Of a DNA stretch of 64,000 nt, positions 49,290 through 59,954 are shown in pieces. Position 1 is the first letter of the stretch, and every line of letters begins with the position of its first letter. Both the position numbers and the translations under genes were made by a program. The DNA comes from Planctomycetota bacterium (lineage in GTDB: Bacteria > Planctomycetota > PLA2 > JAEUHO01): the NCBI GenBank assembly GCA_965223505.1, contig CBDCWP010000021.1:96001-160000 (forward strand), given 5' to 3'. Below the pieces are notes generated by a model that ran no database searches, was not told the DNA's origin, and saw only the letters and a list, made by a program, of their open reading frames with translations.

Positions 49290-51359
49290 ATGTCCTCTCA
49301 GCCGCTCGACGCCCTGCTCGCGGACCGCGCGACCGCCAAGACGGAGGGGACGCCGCTGGCGGGCGCGGACCGCGCCATGGTCGAGCGTTGGGCCGACTTC
49401 ACCAAGGCGCTGGCGATGTACCCGGAGACGAATAGCCGGGTTCAGGAGAGCCGGAATCAGTTCCTCGAGGCGCTGGCCGGCGCGCTTCGCGGGGACGACC
49501 GGTCGCGCCCGTCCGCGGCGATCAAGCTCGAGCGAGACGAGATCATCGTCGACGGCACGCGAGGCCCGATCACACACGGCACGAACCTGTACTGGATGTA
49601 CGAGCGGCTCGACAAGGCCGCCCTCGAGGGGGTTCGGATCCACGCGGACGTGCAACCCGACCAGCTCATCGCGTTCGCGAAGCGGCTGCTGAAGAACTTC
49701 GCTCGGAAGAACCTCCGCGTGACACCGCAGGATCTGTGGCCCGAGACGTACGAAGGACTGGAGCTCGTCCTGCGGAAGTTCGAGGGTGGTTTCCACGGTG
49801 GAGGAAGCGGTACGCCGACGGACATCTTCGCCCGCCGCGATGAAGCGCCGACCGAGAGCGAGGTCATCGGCGCGGACAGCGGCATGACCGGCAGTAGCGA
49901 AGAGCCCGAAGGCGGCGCCGAAGAGGCGGCGTTCGAGCGCGAGCTCTCGAAGCGACTCGCCGGTGAAGAGCGCGTCGTCAGCCGGATTCAGAGCCTTCGC
50001 GGCGCGGTCGAGATGTCCAGGAAGGACGAGGGCGACACCGTTCACGTCGACCTCGTCTCGGGCATCGTCCGCATGTTGCCCGTCGACGTGGCCGCGGACT
50101 TCAACAGAGTCGTGGATCTGACCGAATCCGTGCTCGAGGCGCTCAACGAGCACGTCGCACACGAAGGGCTCTCGATCGAACCGGGGCCCGACGGCGGCAT
50201 GGCGGACTTGAAGGCTCTGCTCTTCGCGGCGAGCCGCAAGTACTTTGGGCGCGCCAAGAGTGACGCCGGGAAGCAGATCTCTCGAGAGCAACGAGGTGAC
50301 GGCAGCGACCTGCACAAGACCGCCAAGCAGGGGCACAAGGGCGACGAGAAGATCGTGGATGACCTCGACGCCTTCTTGGCAGAGCTCGCGCACCTGCCGA
50401 TGCCCGGCAACAAGGCAATGACGGCCGAGCAGGCCGACCTGGGCGCCGAGCAGCTCGATGTCTACCTGACGTTCCTCACGGACGTGCAGTCCGTCGAGGT
50501 CGTGCGCAACCTTCATCCCCCGCTACGAGAGCTGCTGAAGCAGCCCAACGCGGGCGAGCTGAAAGTGCTCCAAACCCACCTCGAGAGAGAGTGGTTCCGC
50601 ACGGGCGCAGGCGACGGAAGAGTCGGCAAGACCCGGATCCTAGGTCTGCTGCAGCAAGCGCAGGCGACACGACTTCTACGCCGGTGCGGCTTCCTCTCGA
50701 AGGAACACGTCGTAGAGGCTTTCCCCCAGAACTTCGGGCACTACGTCGACGCGCTCGACTTCAGCAATCGCGAGGACATGGCCGAGTTCGAGTCCGTCTG
50801 CAGGACCGTTGGCGAGGCACGCATTCACGAATCAGCCGACGCCCTCATTCGCGATGCCGCGCTGCTCGACGGCGCTCGGGCCGAGAAGCTCTTGTCGCAT
50901 GCGTCGTTCCATCTCATGCCGTTCGCGAAGATCCTCATCGACAGGGGGGGAGACCGCTTTCGCGACCTCGTCATCAACTTCCTTCAGGCCGTCAAGCCGC
51001 GCAAGCGAGAAGCGTGCTTGCTCACGATCGTCGAGAACCCGATCTTCCTCTCGTCTCGGTACCTGTCGCTGATCACTTCTCCGGTTCTGTCGGAGGAGGA
51101 CGAACGCAAGCTCAAGCACGAGGTGGCAGAGGTCCTGTGCCGCTTCATTCGCGCGGCGGTCCACGTCTCGGGGCAATCCGAGAGGCGGCTCGAGGCCGTT
51201 CGCCACCTCGCGTTCTTCCCGACCTCGCAGACTGCCATCATGCTCCAAGAGCTTCAGAAGGCGCGACGCCTCTGGTTCTTCAAAGCCGAGTCCGCTGAGA
51301 TTCGCACCGCTGCACGCCTCGGCCTCCTGACGATCGAAACGGAGAAAGGCCGTGTGTGA
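49290..51359 (+). CDS. Hypothetical alpha-helical protein, coupled to the HD-GYP gene
   Basis: Long ORF overlapping the start of the HD-GYP gene; N-terminal region resembles the HD-GYP N-terminus; start 49230 or 49290. Confidence 0.65.
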   Translation: MSSQPLDALLADRATAKTEGTPLAGADRAMVERWADFTKALAMYPETNSRVQESRNQFLEALAGALRGDDRSRPSAAIKLERDEIIVDGTRGPITHGTNLYWMYERLDKAALEGVRIHADVQPDQLIAFAKRLLKNFARKNLRVTPQDLWPETYEGLELVLRKFEGGFHGGGSGTPTDIFARRDEAPTESEVIGADSGMTGSSEEPEGGAEEAAFERELSKRLAGEERVVSRIQSLRGAVEMSRKDEGDTVHVDLVSGIVRMLPVDVAADFNRVVDLTESVLEALNEHVAHEGLSIEPGPDGGMADLKALLFAASRKYFGRAKSDAGKQISREQRGDGSDLHKTAKQGHKGDEKIVDDLDAFLAELAHLPMPGNKAMTAEQADLGAEQLDVYLTFLTDVQSVEVVRNLHPPLRELLKQPNAGELKVLQTHLEREWFRTGAGDGRVGKTRILGLLQQAQATRLLRRCGFLSKEHVVEAFPQNFGHYVDALDFSNREDMAEFESVCRTVGEARIHESADALIRDAALLDGARAEKLLSHASFHLMPFAKILIDRGGDRFRDLVINFLQAVKPRKREACLLTIVENPIFLSSRYLSLITSPVLSEEDERKLKHEVAEVLCRFIRAAVHVSGQSERRLEAVRHLAFFPTSQTAIMLQELQKARRLWFFKAESAEIRTAARLGLLTIETEKGRV

Positions 51360-52794
51360 CCTGCATCATCCCGACGAGGGAATACCCCGGCGCACCGGCA
51401 TCACGGACCTGGTCGACGAGCTCGTCGTGTGTCTGACGAACAGTCGCATCTACTGGGCCAAGCACCCGAGGGTGCAGTCCTCGATCGAAAATCTCGAGGT
51501 GATTCTCCAGGCACGCTGCGACGCGTCGAGCACGGGCGTCGTTGACCTCGGCGCGGCGGACGGGTACCTGTTCCACGAGAAGCAACCGCTGTTGGGTGCG
51601 AGCCTCTCGGCGGCGCGGATCATCGAGCCGCTTTCTGCGCTCAGCTCCGGCGGGATCCGTTTCAAGCGCGGCGCCGACCAGGCCGCCTTGCTCGCCCTGG
51701 TGGAGCTGCTGGGCTCCAACAAGGACGTCCGACGGTTCGACGAGGCCAACGAGGTCCTGCGCGCGAAGGGCTGCCATGCCATCGAGCTGCTCCCTGAGTA
51801 CGGCGAAAGCGCGGGTGCCGGTCCTCATGTTGCGGCGCACGACTTCGGGCTCGTCGAGGGGGACGCCGACCAGGGCCTCGGCGAGCCCAGTCCGACGACC
51901 GTCGACATTCCCGTGGCGATGTACCAGAGCATCGTCGACTCGCTCCAGGACATCATGGTGCGCGCGTGCCGCGGGGAGACATTCGACATCGCGGGTATGC
52001 GCGGACACGTCGAGACGGTGCTCACGCAACTGCACGCCGACCCCGCCGCCCTGATGCGCGTCTGCCGGTACGAGCACTACGACGCGTTCACTTTCGGGCA
52101 CTCGATTCGTGTTTGCGCGATCGCGCTCCAATTCGCGCGCCAGTTGACGAACGACCCGGCGTTGCTCGAGCGCGTCGGTATGTCCGCGCTGCTGCACGAC
52201 GTCGGCAAGGCCTGGGTGCCGTTCGAGATCCTCTACTCACGCGGCCGCTTGAGCGACGAGGAACGTGAGGAGATGAACAAACACACGCAGTACGGCAGTG
52301 AGATCCTGCTCGGCCTGCCGGACAACGACCCCATGGCGGTTGCGACGGCGTACAACCATCACAAACGGACCGGCAAGTCGTCGAGTGACACGGTGCGACT
52401 CTCGACGGTGACCCGGATCGTGAAGATCGCCGACGTTTTCGAAGCGCTCACGGCGGTTCGCCCCTACAAGGACCGGATGTCGGCGCTTCGCGCATATCGC
52501 ATCATGATGTCGATGGGAGATCACTTCGACGGCGGTCTACTGCGTCGTTTCATTCAGCTACACGGCGTATATCCGGACGGCTGCCGCGTCTTGCTCGATA
52601 CGGGCGAAACAGCGCGCGTCGTGCGCCAGTCCTCGGCGCTGCAGTTCCCCGTCGTCGAGATCGAAGAGCCCATGGACTCGAAGCTCAGTGCGGGCGGAGA
52701 GCTGAAACACGACCTGAGCACGTTCCCCACCGGCGAGATGATCGGGATCACCGAGCAGATCGTGACGCCGGAAGACGACGCCGAAGCGGCGTAA
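51352..52794 (+). CDS. HD-GYP-like phosphohydrolase
   Basis: YDAFTFGHS, LLHDVGK, HH, IADVFEALT..RPYK; the GYP motif itself is absent. Confidence 0.85.
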   Translation: MCDLHHPDEGIPRRTGITDLVDELVVCLTNSRIYWAKHPRVQSSIENLEVILQARCDASSTGVVDLGAADGYLFHEKQPLLGASLSAARIIEPLSALSSGGIRFKRGADQAALLALVELLGSNKDVRRFDEANEVLRAKGCHAIELLPEYGESAGAGPHVAAHDFGLVEGDADQGLGEPSPTTVDIPVAMYQSIVDSLQDIMVRACRGETFDIAGMRGHVETVLTQLHADPAALMRVCRYEHYDAFTFGHSIRVCAIALQFARQLTNDPALLERVGMSALLHDVGKAWVPFEILYSRGRLSDEEREEMNKHTQYGSEILLGLPDNDPMAVATAYNHHKRTGKSSSDTVRLSTVTRIVKIADVFEALTAVRPYKDRMSALRAYRIMMSMGDHFDGGLLRRFIQLHGVYPDGCRVLLDTGETARVVRQSSALQFPVVEIEEPMDSKLSAGGELKHDLSTFPTGEMIGITEQIVTPEDDAEAA

Positions 52795-52797
52795 CGG

Positions 52798-53127
52798 CTA
52801 TCTGAAGACGAACCAGACGCCGAGCAGCGACCCCAGGATCGCCGTTCCGTAGCAGATCACGGCCATGCCCTTGCCGAGGCGGATGCCCATGTCCTGAACG
52901 GTGAAACGGAAGCGGTGGGCCCAGTGGAAGAGCGGCAGCGCGATGAGCACGAGGAGATACAGGCGCCCGAGCGGGTGCTTGACCAGACCCCACAGCCGCT
53001 CCTCGCTCAGCCACCCCGCCGGTACGGCGATGCCGGTCAAAACGATCGTGATCGGAAACAGCATCGCGGACGCCATGCCGCCGGCCGCGAACAAGGACCA
53101 CCAGAACGGTTCGTTCGACTTTGCCAT
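52798..53127 (-). CDS. frdD: Fumarate reductase subunit D
   Basis: SNEPFWWSLFAAGG, LPLFHWAHR, CYG; position in operon. Confidence 0.88.
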   Translation of the reverse strand: MAKSNEPFWWSLFAAGGMASAMLFPITIVLTGIAVPAGWLSEERLWGLVKHPLGRLYLLVLIALPLFHWAHRFRFTVQDMGIRLGKGMAVICYGTAILGSLLGVWFVFR

Positions 53128-53129
53128 GG

Positions 53130-53510
53130 CTACCCCAACACGATCCAGGCGACGACCAGCGATGCCACGATCCACGCGCCGTAGTGAGCGCCTCGGATCA
53201 TGTGGGCCGGCACCTTGTTCTCGCCCTGCCAAACGACGACCACCTTGTCGGTCAGGAACAACCACGTGAGCGTGTGGAAGAGAACCATGAGCAGAACCAC
53301 GATGTGGAGCACGATGCTGACCGGGCTCTGCAGAAAGGCGTAGAACTCGCTGAACGAGGCGCGTGTCGCGGCGTTGGCCGCGAGAAGGAGCAACACGAAC
53401 GAGTAAATGCCGACGAACACGCACGTCAGCTCCCTCAGCATGTAGATCCGAAAGGCGGGCTTCTTGAGCCACCAGTCGTTCTTCATGGGGCGAACGTAGT
53501 CCTTGGGCAT
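53130..53510 (-). CDS. frdC: Fumarate reductase subunit C
   Basis: YVRPM...WW...FRIYMLRELT, HTLTW; three TM helices. Confidence 0.88.
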   Translation of the reverse strand: MPKDYVRPMKNDWWLKKPAFRIYMLRELTCVFVGIYSFVLLLLAANAATRASFSEFYAFLQSPVSIVLHIVVLLMVLFHTLTWLFLTDKVVVVWQGENKVPAHMIRGAHYGAWIVASLVVAWIVLG

Positions 53511-54265
53511 CAGCTCTTTCCCCCCGGCATCAGCTTCGACTTGTACCAATCCAGCGTGTTCGACGCCTTGGCCTGCTGGATCGCGCCGGCGGGGTCGACG
53601 TCCTTGGGACACACCCGCGAGCACTCGCCGACGAACGTGCAGTCCCAGATCCCGTGGTCGCTCGACACCTCGTGCGCACGCTCGCCCACGCCGCCGTCAC
53701 GGGAGTCGAGGTTGTAGCGCTGCGCCAGCGCGAGCGCAGCCGGCCCCATGAACGTCGCATTGAGCCCGGCAACCGGGCACGCCGAGTAGCAGATCATGCA
53801 GTTGATGCACATGCTGTACTGCTTGAACTGTGCGAGCTCCGCCGGCGACTGCCGGTACTCGCCCTGCTCCAACGAACGCTCTTCCTTGGGAATCAGCCAC
53901 GTCTTGAGGTCGCTGAGGCTCTCGAGGAAGCGCTCCATGTTGATGACGAGATCGCGCACGACCGGAAAGTGCTCGAGCGGCTCGACGCGAATCGGGCTGG
54001 GGTAGTAGTCGCGGAGGAAGGTCGAACATGTGAGGCTCGGCTCGCCGTTCACGACCATCCCGCAGCTTCCGCACACGCCCATGCGGCAGGACCAGCGGTA
54101 CGAAAGCGTGCCGTCGATGTTGTCCTTGACGTAGTTGATCGCGTCCAGCACGACCCAGTCTTCCTTGTAGGGAATCTCGAATTGGTCGTACCGAGGCGCG
54201 TCGTCCTCGTCAGGGAGGTATCGGAACACCTCCATGACCATGGTGCGGGTGTCAGCGCTTGCCAT
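53510..54265 (-). CDS. frdB: Fumarate reductase iron-sulfur subunit
   Basis: [34 protein letters not shown]. Confidence 0.92.
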   Translation of the reverse strand: MASADTRTMVMEVFRYLPDEDDAPRYDQFEIPYKEDWVVLDAINYVKDNIDGTLSYRWSCRMGVCGSCGMVVNGEPSLTCSTFLRDYYPSPIRVEPLEHFPVVRDLVINMERFLESLSDLKTWLIPKEERSLEQGEYRQSPAELAQFKQYSMCINCMICYSACPVAGLNATFMGPAALALAQRYNLDSRDGGVGERAHEVSSDHGIWDCTFVGECSRVCPKDVDPAGAIQQAKASNTLDWYKSKLMPGGKS

Positions 54266-56012
54266 AGACGCGTTCTCCGGGAGGCCACCGCGTGATCACC
54301 ACATCCAGGTAGTCGATGCGCGGATCGCCGTCCGTTTGATAGGCCAGCGAGTGCTTCAAGTAGTCGTCGTCGTCGCGCTCGGGGAAGTCCGTTCGCTGAT
54401 GCGAGCCGCGCGACTCCTTGCGCGCGCTCGCGCTGAACGCCAACGCCTCGGCGGCATCCACCGTGAACTCGAGCTCGAGCGCGCTCACGAGCTCCGTGTT
54501 GAAGGTGCGACTGTGGTCCTGGACCTTCACGTTCGCCGCGCGCTCCTTCAGCTCTCGCACCTTCTCGCACGCCTCGTCGAGCGACTTCTGCGTCCGGTAG
54601 ATCCCGGCGCCGCCTTCGAGCGCGTCGTTGAGCTCCAGCCGGATCTTCGCGATCGAGTCCGAGCTTTCGCCGCCACGGCAGAAGCGCGAACGCACCTCCT
54701 CGTCGTAGTCCGCCGCCGCCTTCGAGATGACGTCGGTGTCTACACTGTCGTTCTCGCCGGCGTGTCGGGCCGCGGCCTGCGCCGCGCGACGTCCGAAGAC
54801 GAGCAGCTCGGTCAAGGAGTTCGAGCCGAGCCGGTTCGCGCCGTTGATGCTCACGCACGCGCACTCGCCTGCGGCGTACAGCCCCGGAAGCGGCGTCGCG
54901 CCGTTGATGTCGGTGTGCACGCCGCCCATCATGTAGTGCACGACCGGGCGAACCGGGATCGGCGCGTGGACGGGATCGACGCCGACGTAGTTCTTCGCGG
55001 TCGCGCGCACGAACGGGATCTTCTTGTCGATCTTCTTCTCGCCCAGATGCCGTACGTCCAGGTGCACGTAGTCACCGCGCTCGCCCTGGATGGTGTTGCC
55101 CTTCGCCTGCTCCTGCATGAACGCCTGTGAGAGTCGATCGCGCGGACCGAGCTCCATGCTGCGCTTCTGCGGGTGGTTGGGGTCGTTGACGTCGAGCGGC
55201 GTTCCGAGCTCGTAGTCCTGGAGGTAGCGGCGGCCGTCCTTGTTGAGCAGGATGCCGCCCTCGCCGCGCGCCGCTTCCGTGATCAGAATGCCCGTGCCCG
55301 GCAGACCCGTCGGGTGGTACTGCACGAACTCCATGTCCTTGAGCGGTACGCCGGCCTGGTAGGCGAGCGACATGCCGTCGCCGGTCTTGATCGCCGCGTT
55401 CGTCGTGAACGGGAAGATGCGTCCGGCGCCGCCGGTGCAGAGGATGACGGACTTGCCGCCGATGGCCCGCATCTCGCCCGAGCGCAGCTCGATGGCGGCC
55501 ACGCCCTGGCACCGGCCTTCGTGTACGACCAGCTTGCACACGAAGTGCTCGTCGTAGCGCGTGACCGGCTTGTACTTCTGCGCGGTCTGGAAGAGCGTGT
55601 GGAGCATGTGGAAGCCGGTCTTGTCGGCGGCGAACCACGTGCGCTCGATCTTCATGCCGCCGAACGGCCGCGTGGCGACGGATCCGTCGGGCTCGCGGCT
55701 CCACGGACAGCCCCAGTGCTCCAGCTGCAGCAGCTCCTTCGGCGCCTCGTTGACGAACGCCTCCACCGCGTCCTGATCGGCCATCCAGTCGGCGCCGGAG
55801 ATGGTGTCGTAGCAGTGGTCGTCGAGCGAGTCGTTGGGCTTGATGACCCCGGCCGAGCCGCCCTCGGCCGAGACCGTGTGACTGCGCATCGGGTAGACCT
55901 TGGAGACGACACCGACGCTGAGCTTGGGGAACTCCTCCGCGATGGTGATCGCTGCTCGCAGTCCGGCGCCACCGCCGCCGACAATGAGCACGTCGTGAAC
56001 GGGAATCGCCAT
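54252..56012 (-). CDS. frdA: Fumarate reductase flavoprotein subunit
   Basis: [16 protein letters not shown] (FAD-His; Glu as in FrdA), [27 protein letters not shown]. Confidence 0.92.
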   Translation of the reverse strand: MAIPVHDVLIVGGGGAGLRAAITIAEEFPKLSVGVVSKVYPMRSHTVSAEGGSAGVIKPNDSLDDHCYDTISGADWMADQDAVEAFVNEAPKELLQLEHWGCPWSREPDGSVATRPFGGMKIERTWFAADKTGFHMLHTLFQTAQKYKPVTRYDEHFVCKLVVHEGRCQGVAAIELRSGEMRAIGGKSVILCTGGAGRIFPFTTNAAIKTGDGMSLAYQAGVPLKDMEFVQYHPTGLPGTGILITEAARGEGGILLNKDGRRYLQDYELGTPLDVNDPNHPQKRSMELGPRDRLSQAFMQEQAKGNTIQGERGDYVHLDVRHLGEKKIDKKIPFVRATAKNYVGVDPVHAPIPVRPVVHYMMGGVHTDINGATPLPGLYAAGECACVSINGANRLGSNSLTELLVFGRRAAQAAARHAGENDSVDTDVISKAAADYDEEVRSRFCRGGESSDSIAKIRLELNDALEGGAGIYRTQKSLDEACEKVRELKERAANVKVQDHSRTFNTELVSALELEFTVDAAEALAFSASARKESRGSHQRTDFPERDDDDYLKHSLAYQTDGDPRIDYLDVVITRWPPGERVYGKR

Positions 56013-56146
56013 GGAATCTCCGTTGGGCGTCCTTGGGAGCGGGATGATGGCACGCCCCCTGCCCTCAGTCCAGGCAGGCCAGGGCATCTTGGACGGTGGA
56101 ATTCAGCCGGCCGTGGACGCGGGTCGGCACGCATAGAATCGCTTGG

Positions 56147-56608
56147 ATGAGTGCGCCGAAGTCCGCAGCCGCCGCGTCCCTCGTCGCCCGTCTCGCGCTC
56201 GAGCCGCACCCGGAGGGCGGCTGGTATCGAGAGACGGTGCGCGCGGATCTGACGATCCCGGCAACGGCGCTCCCCGATCGATTCGGCGGTGATCGCAGCG
56301 CGTTGACGTCGATCCTGTACCTGCTCGAGAAGGGTGACCGCTCGCGCCGCCATCGCCTGAAGTCGGATGAGATCTGGCTACATCAGCTCGGTGACGGCGT
56401 TCGCCTGCGCACGTCCGCGCCCGACGGAACCGAGCGCCTCGATGTCGGCGTCGGCCCCGACCCGGATGCTCGACTTCAACACGTAGTGCCGGCCGGCTGG
56501 TGGCAGCAGGCGGATGTGTCGTCGGGACCGCACGGCTTCGCGCTGCTGGCGTGCGTCATGGCGCCCGGATTCGAGTTCGAGGACTTCGAGCTGGCCGGCG
56601 GCGCCTGA
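56147..56608 (+). CDS. Cupin_5 (DUF985) family protein
   Basis: LEPHPEGGWYRET, TSILYLL, HRLKSDEIW, VPAGWWQ, APGFEFEDF. Confidence 0.92.
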   Translation: MSAPKSAAAASLVARLALEPHPEGGWYRETVRADLTIPATALPDRFGGDRSALTSILYLLEKGDRSRRHRLKSDEIWLHQLGDGVRLRTSAPDGTERLDVGVGPDPDARLQHVVPAGWWQQADVSSGPHGFALLACVMAPGFEFEDFELAGGA

Positions 56609-56626
56609 GCGCCGCCGGCCTCGTCC

Positions 56627-59320
56627 CTACTGCAGGATCGTGATCGTGATCTGCGCCGTCGTGCTGCCCGACGCATTCGTCGCGGTCACCGTGTGATTGG
56701 TCTGATTGGTCTGGGTCGTCGGCGTGCCCGAGATGACGCCGGTCGTCGTGTTCAACGTCACGCCGGCCGGCAGGGCCGGAGTGATGCTGTACGACGCGAC
56801 GGTGCCGCCGGACACCGTCGGGTTCATCGTCGCGAAGATGCCGCCCGTCACGTAGCCCACATTGGGCGTGTTCGAGTACGAGAGGTTCTTCGGCGCCCCG
56901 AGCGGCGTGGTGATCGTCACGGTGGCCTGCGTACTGCCCGCGGCGTTGGTCGCCGTGACCGTGTAGTTGGTCTGCGAGGTCACCGACGTCGGCGTGCCGC
57001 TGATGACGCCGGTCGTCCCGTTCAGCGTCAGTCCGGCGGGCAAGGCCGGTGAGACCGCGTAGGTGTCGACGGCGCCGCCGCTGATGGTCGGCGAGTTGTC
57101 CGTGATCGCGCAGCCGGTCGGATAGCTCACTGGCGAGCTGTAGGACAGGTTGCTCGGCGGCTGCAGCGCGGACGTCACGGTGATGTTCACCGTCGCCATC
57201 GTGCTGCCGCCGGAGTTCGTGCCGGTCACCACGTGATTGGTCGCACTCTGTGTCACCGTCGGGGTCCCGGAGATGACGCCGGTGGTTGCGCTCAACGAAA
57301 GGCCCGTCGGCAGCGCGGGACTCACCGTGTAGTTGGTGATCGTTCCCCCGGTGTTCGTCGGGACGTTGTTGGTGATCGCCGAGTTCTGGACGTACGTGAC
57401 CGGTGTCGTGTACGCGAGATTCGCCGGCGCGGTCGCGTCGACCTTGATGTTGACCGTCGCCTGGGTGCTGCCCGCGTCGTTCGAGCCGGTCACGGTGTAG
57501 TCCGCCGCCGCGGTCGGCGCGGTCGGCGTACCGGAGATGACGCCCGAGACCGGGTTGAGCAAAAGCCCCGCCGGCAGCGTCGGGCTCACCGCGTAGTTCG
57601 TGATCGCGCCGCCCGTACTCGCCGGAACGTTGTTGTCGATCGCGACCGACTCCTGGTAGCAGACCGGGGTGTCGTAGGTCAGGCCGGCAGGCGGAATGTC
57701 GCCCTGCACCTTGGCGAACTGCCCGCGCACGTGACCGCCGGGATTCGCGGCCGTGTGCATGTTCGCGTAGAAGTCGCTCGCGTCCGCGAGCATGCGCGCG
57801 AACGTGCGCCCCGTGAGCGTCACGGTGCCGTCGGAGGTGTTGCCGGACGCGTTCGCGACGATCTGGGACGAGAAGTCGACCAGGACGGGGCCGTTGACAC
57901 CGGCCGGGCTGTCGTGAATGTGCCCTGCCGTGATGTCGGTCGCCGGCGGGGCGCCCATCGTCAGGTTGAACGAAGCCGTGAACACGCCGGTGAAGATCAC
58001 GGTGATCGTGCCGTTGTCGGGGCCGATGATCGGTGGGACCTCGTTCTCGTCGAGCATCGCCGCGAAGAAGGTCACGGGCGTTTGCGTCAGCTGACCGCGT
58101 ACCAGACCGGCAGGCGCCGTGGCGGTATGGAAGTTGGCGTAGAAGGCGCCGGGACAGGCCAACATGCGCGTCAGCAACGTCTGTTCGCAGGTGATCGAGC
58201 CGTCCGCGGATCCGGTCGGGACGCTCACGTTGTAGTCGGCGCCCGCCTGCAGATCGATCACGACCGGTCCCTCGGCGCCGGCAGGCGCCTCGTGCACGTG
58301 AGCCTGGTTGACGAGATCGATGCCCTGCGCATCGGGCACGGCGAGGTGCGCGATGCCCGCCGTGAACGAGGGGAACTGGAGCGTGCAGCCGCCGCGCGCG
58401 TTGGCGTCGACGATGGTCGTCTCCTGATCTCCTTCCATGCACGTCCAGAACTGCGGGTCGTCGTCGCAGAGCTGGCCGCGCGCGATGCCGATGGGCGCCG
58501 ACGCCGTGACGAGGTTCAGGTAGAAGCCCCTCACGTCGGCGCAGATCCTCGACAGCGTCGCGAGCGGCGGGGTCACGCTGCCCGACAGCGTCCCGAGACT
58601 GGCGTCGACGACGGCCGAGCCGACGTCGAGATCCTGCAGCGCGATGCCGTTCTGGCCCTCGTTGCCGATGTGTACGCCGGCCGCGGTGATGTCCGTGATG
58701 ACCGGCGACTTCGTCGCGATCACGAAGTCGACCCGGCCGCTCGGATCGACGGCGAACGTCCCGGCGCCGCGCGCGGCGGGATCGGAAGGCGCGGTCACGT
58801 TCGAACCCAAGGCGACGGCATGCACCTCCAGGCCGGCGAAGGGAGCAAGCTGCTCGCGAACGAGCCCCGGCAGCGCGAACGAGGTATGGATGTTCACGTA
58901 GAAGTCGTCCGGCGCGTTCGCGATCTCGTCTGCCAGTGCGGGCGCGATGGCCAGCGTATCCGAAGCCGTACGCGTCGTGCCGTCGAACGCCGCGCCGCCC
59001 GACAGTAGATCGACTTCGATGGGCCCGTCGACCCCCGCCGGGGCGCGATGGATGTGCATGCCCGTGATGTCGCCGACGTAGCCGGCCTGGGCGGTGGCGG
59101 CGAACCGCAGCTCGCCGTCGCTGCGAAGAACCACGATCACGGACGCGCGCGCGTCGGCGTCGACGACGGTCGTCTCGTTGCTCCCGAGGAGCGTCGCCTT
59201 CAGAACGGCCAGCTGCACGACGCCGGGGCCGCCGCCGCCGCTGCCGCCTCCGCCGCCGCAGGAGGCGATCGAGACCACGGCGAACGACAAGAACAAAGTG
59301 GTAAGGGAGAAACGTCGCAC
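56627..59320 (-). CDS. Lipoprotein with 4 CHRD domains and 4 putative Ig (He_PIG-like) repeats
   Basis: GGAGG RBS before GTG; lipobox IASC and Gly linker; four HIH...FY.N.HT...RGQ-type units; four LP.GL.L...TG.ISGTPT units. Confidence 0.85.
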   Translation of the reverse strand: MRRFSLTTLFLSFAVVSIASCGGGGGSGGGGPGVVQLAVLKATLLGSNETTVVDADARASVIVVLRSDGELRFAATAQAGYVGDITGMHIHRAPAGVDGPIEVDLLSGGAAFDGTTRTASDTLAIAPALADEIANAPDDFYVNIHTSFALPGLVREQLAPFAGLEVHAVALGSNVTAPSDPAARGAGTFAVDPSGRVDFVIATKSPVITDITAAGVHIGNEGQNGIALQDLDVGSAVVDASLGTLSGSVTPPLATLSRICADVRGFYLNLVTASAPIGIARGQLCDDDPQFWTCMEGDQETTIVDANARGGCTLQFPSFTAGIAHLAVPDAQGIDLVNQAHVHEAPAGAEGPVVIDLQAGADYNVSVPTGSADGSITCEQTLLTRMLACPGAFYANFHTATAPAGLVRGQLTQTPVTFFAAMLDENEVPPIIGPDNGTITVIFTGVFTASFNLTMGAPPATDITAGHIHDSPAGVNGPVLVDFSSQIVANASGNTSDGTVTLTGRTFARMLADASDFYANMHTAANPGGHVRGQFAKVQGDIPPAGLTYDTPVCYQESVAIDNNVPASTGGAITNYAVSPTLPAGLLLNPVSGVISGTPTAPTAAADYTVTGSNDAGSTQATVNIKVDATAPANLAYTTPVTYVQNSAITNNVPTNTGGTITNYTVSPALPTGLSLSATTGVISGTPTVTQSATNHVVTGTNSGGSTMATVNITVTSALQPPSNLSYSSPVSYPTGCAITDNSPTISGGAVDTYAVSPALPAGLTLNGTTGVISGTPTSVTSQTNYTVTATNAAGSTQATVTITTPLGAPKNLSYSNTPNVGYVTGGIFATMNPTVSGGTVASYSITPALPAGVTLNTTTGVISGTPTTQTNQTNHTVTATNASGSTTAQITITILQ

Positions 59321-59507
59321 GAGACACCTCCGGTCCATGGGACCGACTGCGCACCCGTGACCACCCGAACCGACGAACCCCTGCCTTGCGTATGCAAGGG
59401 CAGGCATCCTAGCGGGGCACGGTCGAAAGTGCCACGATGACCCGAACAAACCGGGCCAGGAGTCCCTCGGTCGTTGACTTCGCCCCGATCTCGCGTACGA
59501 CGGTCGT

Positions 59508-59954
59508 ATGCCTCTGTCGAAAAACGAATATGCAGACGCAGTGGACATCTGCGCCTGCTTCAACCTACGAAGTGCCGCGCGAAGCGTAACGCGCCTGTTC
59601 GATGACGTTCTGGAGCCGTCGGGGCTCCGATCGACCCAGTTCGTCACCCTCGTGTCGATTCACGTCGACGGACCGGTCGAGCTGCCCTCTCTCGCTCGGA
59701 ACCTGCACGTCGATCGCAGCACGCTGACGCGGAATCTCGCGCCGCTCGAGCGCGACGGATTCGTTGCGCGGAAGACGACGCCGAGCGGCGCCGTCGAGGT
59801 CAAGCTGACCGCCAAGGGCCGCCGAAAAGTGGAACGAGCCGCGCCGTACTGGGCCGAGGCGCAGGGCCGCTTCGAGAAACGCATGGGCAAGCGCCGATGG
59901 AAGTCTCTCGTGGGCGAGCTCGGCGACGCGCTCAGAGCGGCCGAGGACGCCTAG
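59508..59954 (+). CDS. MarR-family transcriptional regulator
   Basis: CACFNLRSAAR, GLRSTQF, DRSTLTRNL..LERDG, LTAKG. Confidence 0.9.
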   Translation: MPLSKNEYADAVDICACFNLRSAARSVTRLFDDVLEPSGLRSTQFVTLVSIHVDGPVELPSLARNLHVDRSTLTRNLAPLERDGFVARKTTPSGAVEVKLTAKGRRKVERAAPYWAEAQGRFEKRMGKRRWKSLVGELGDALRAAEDA

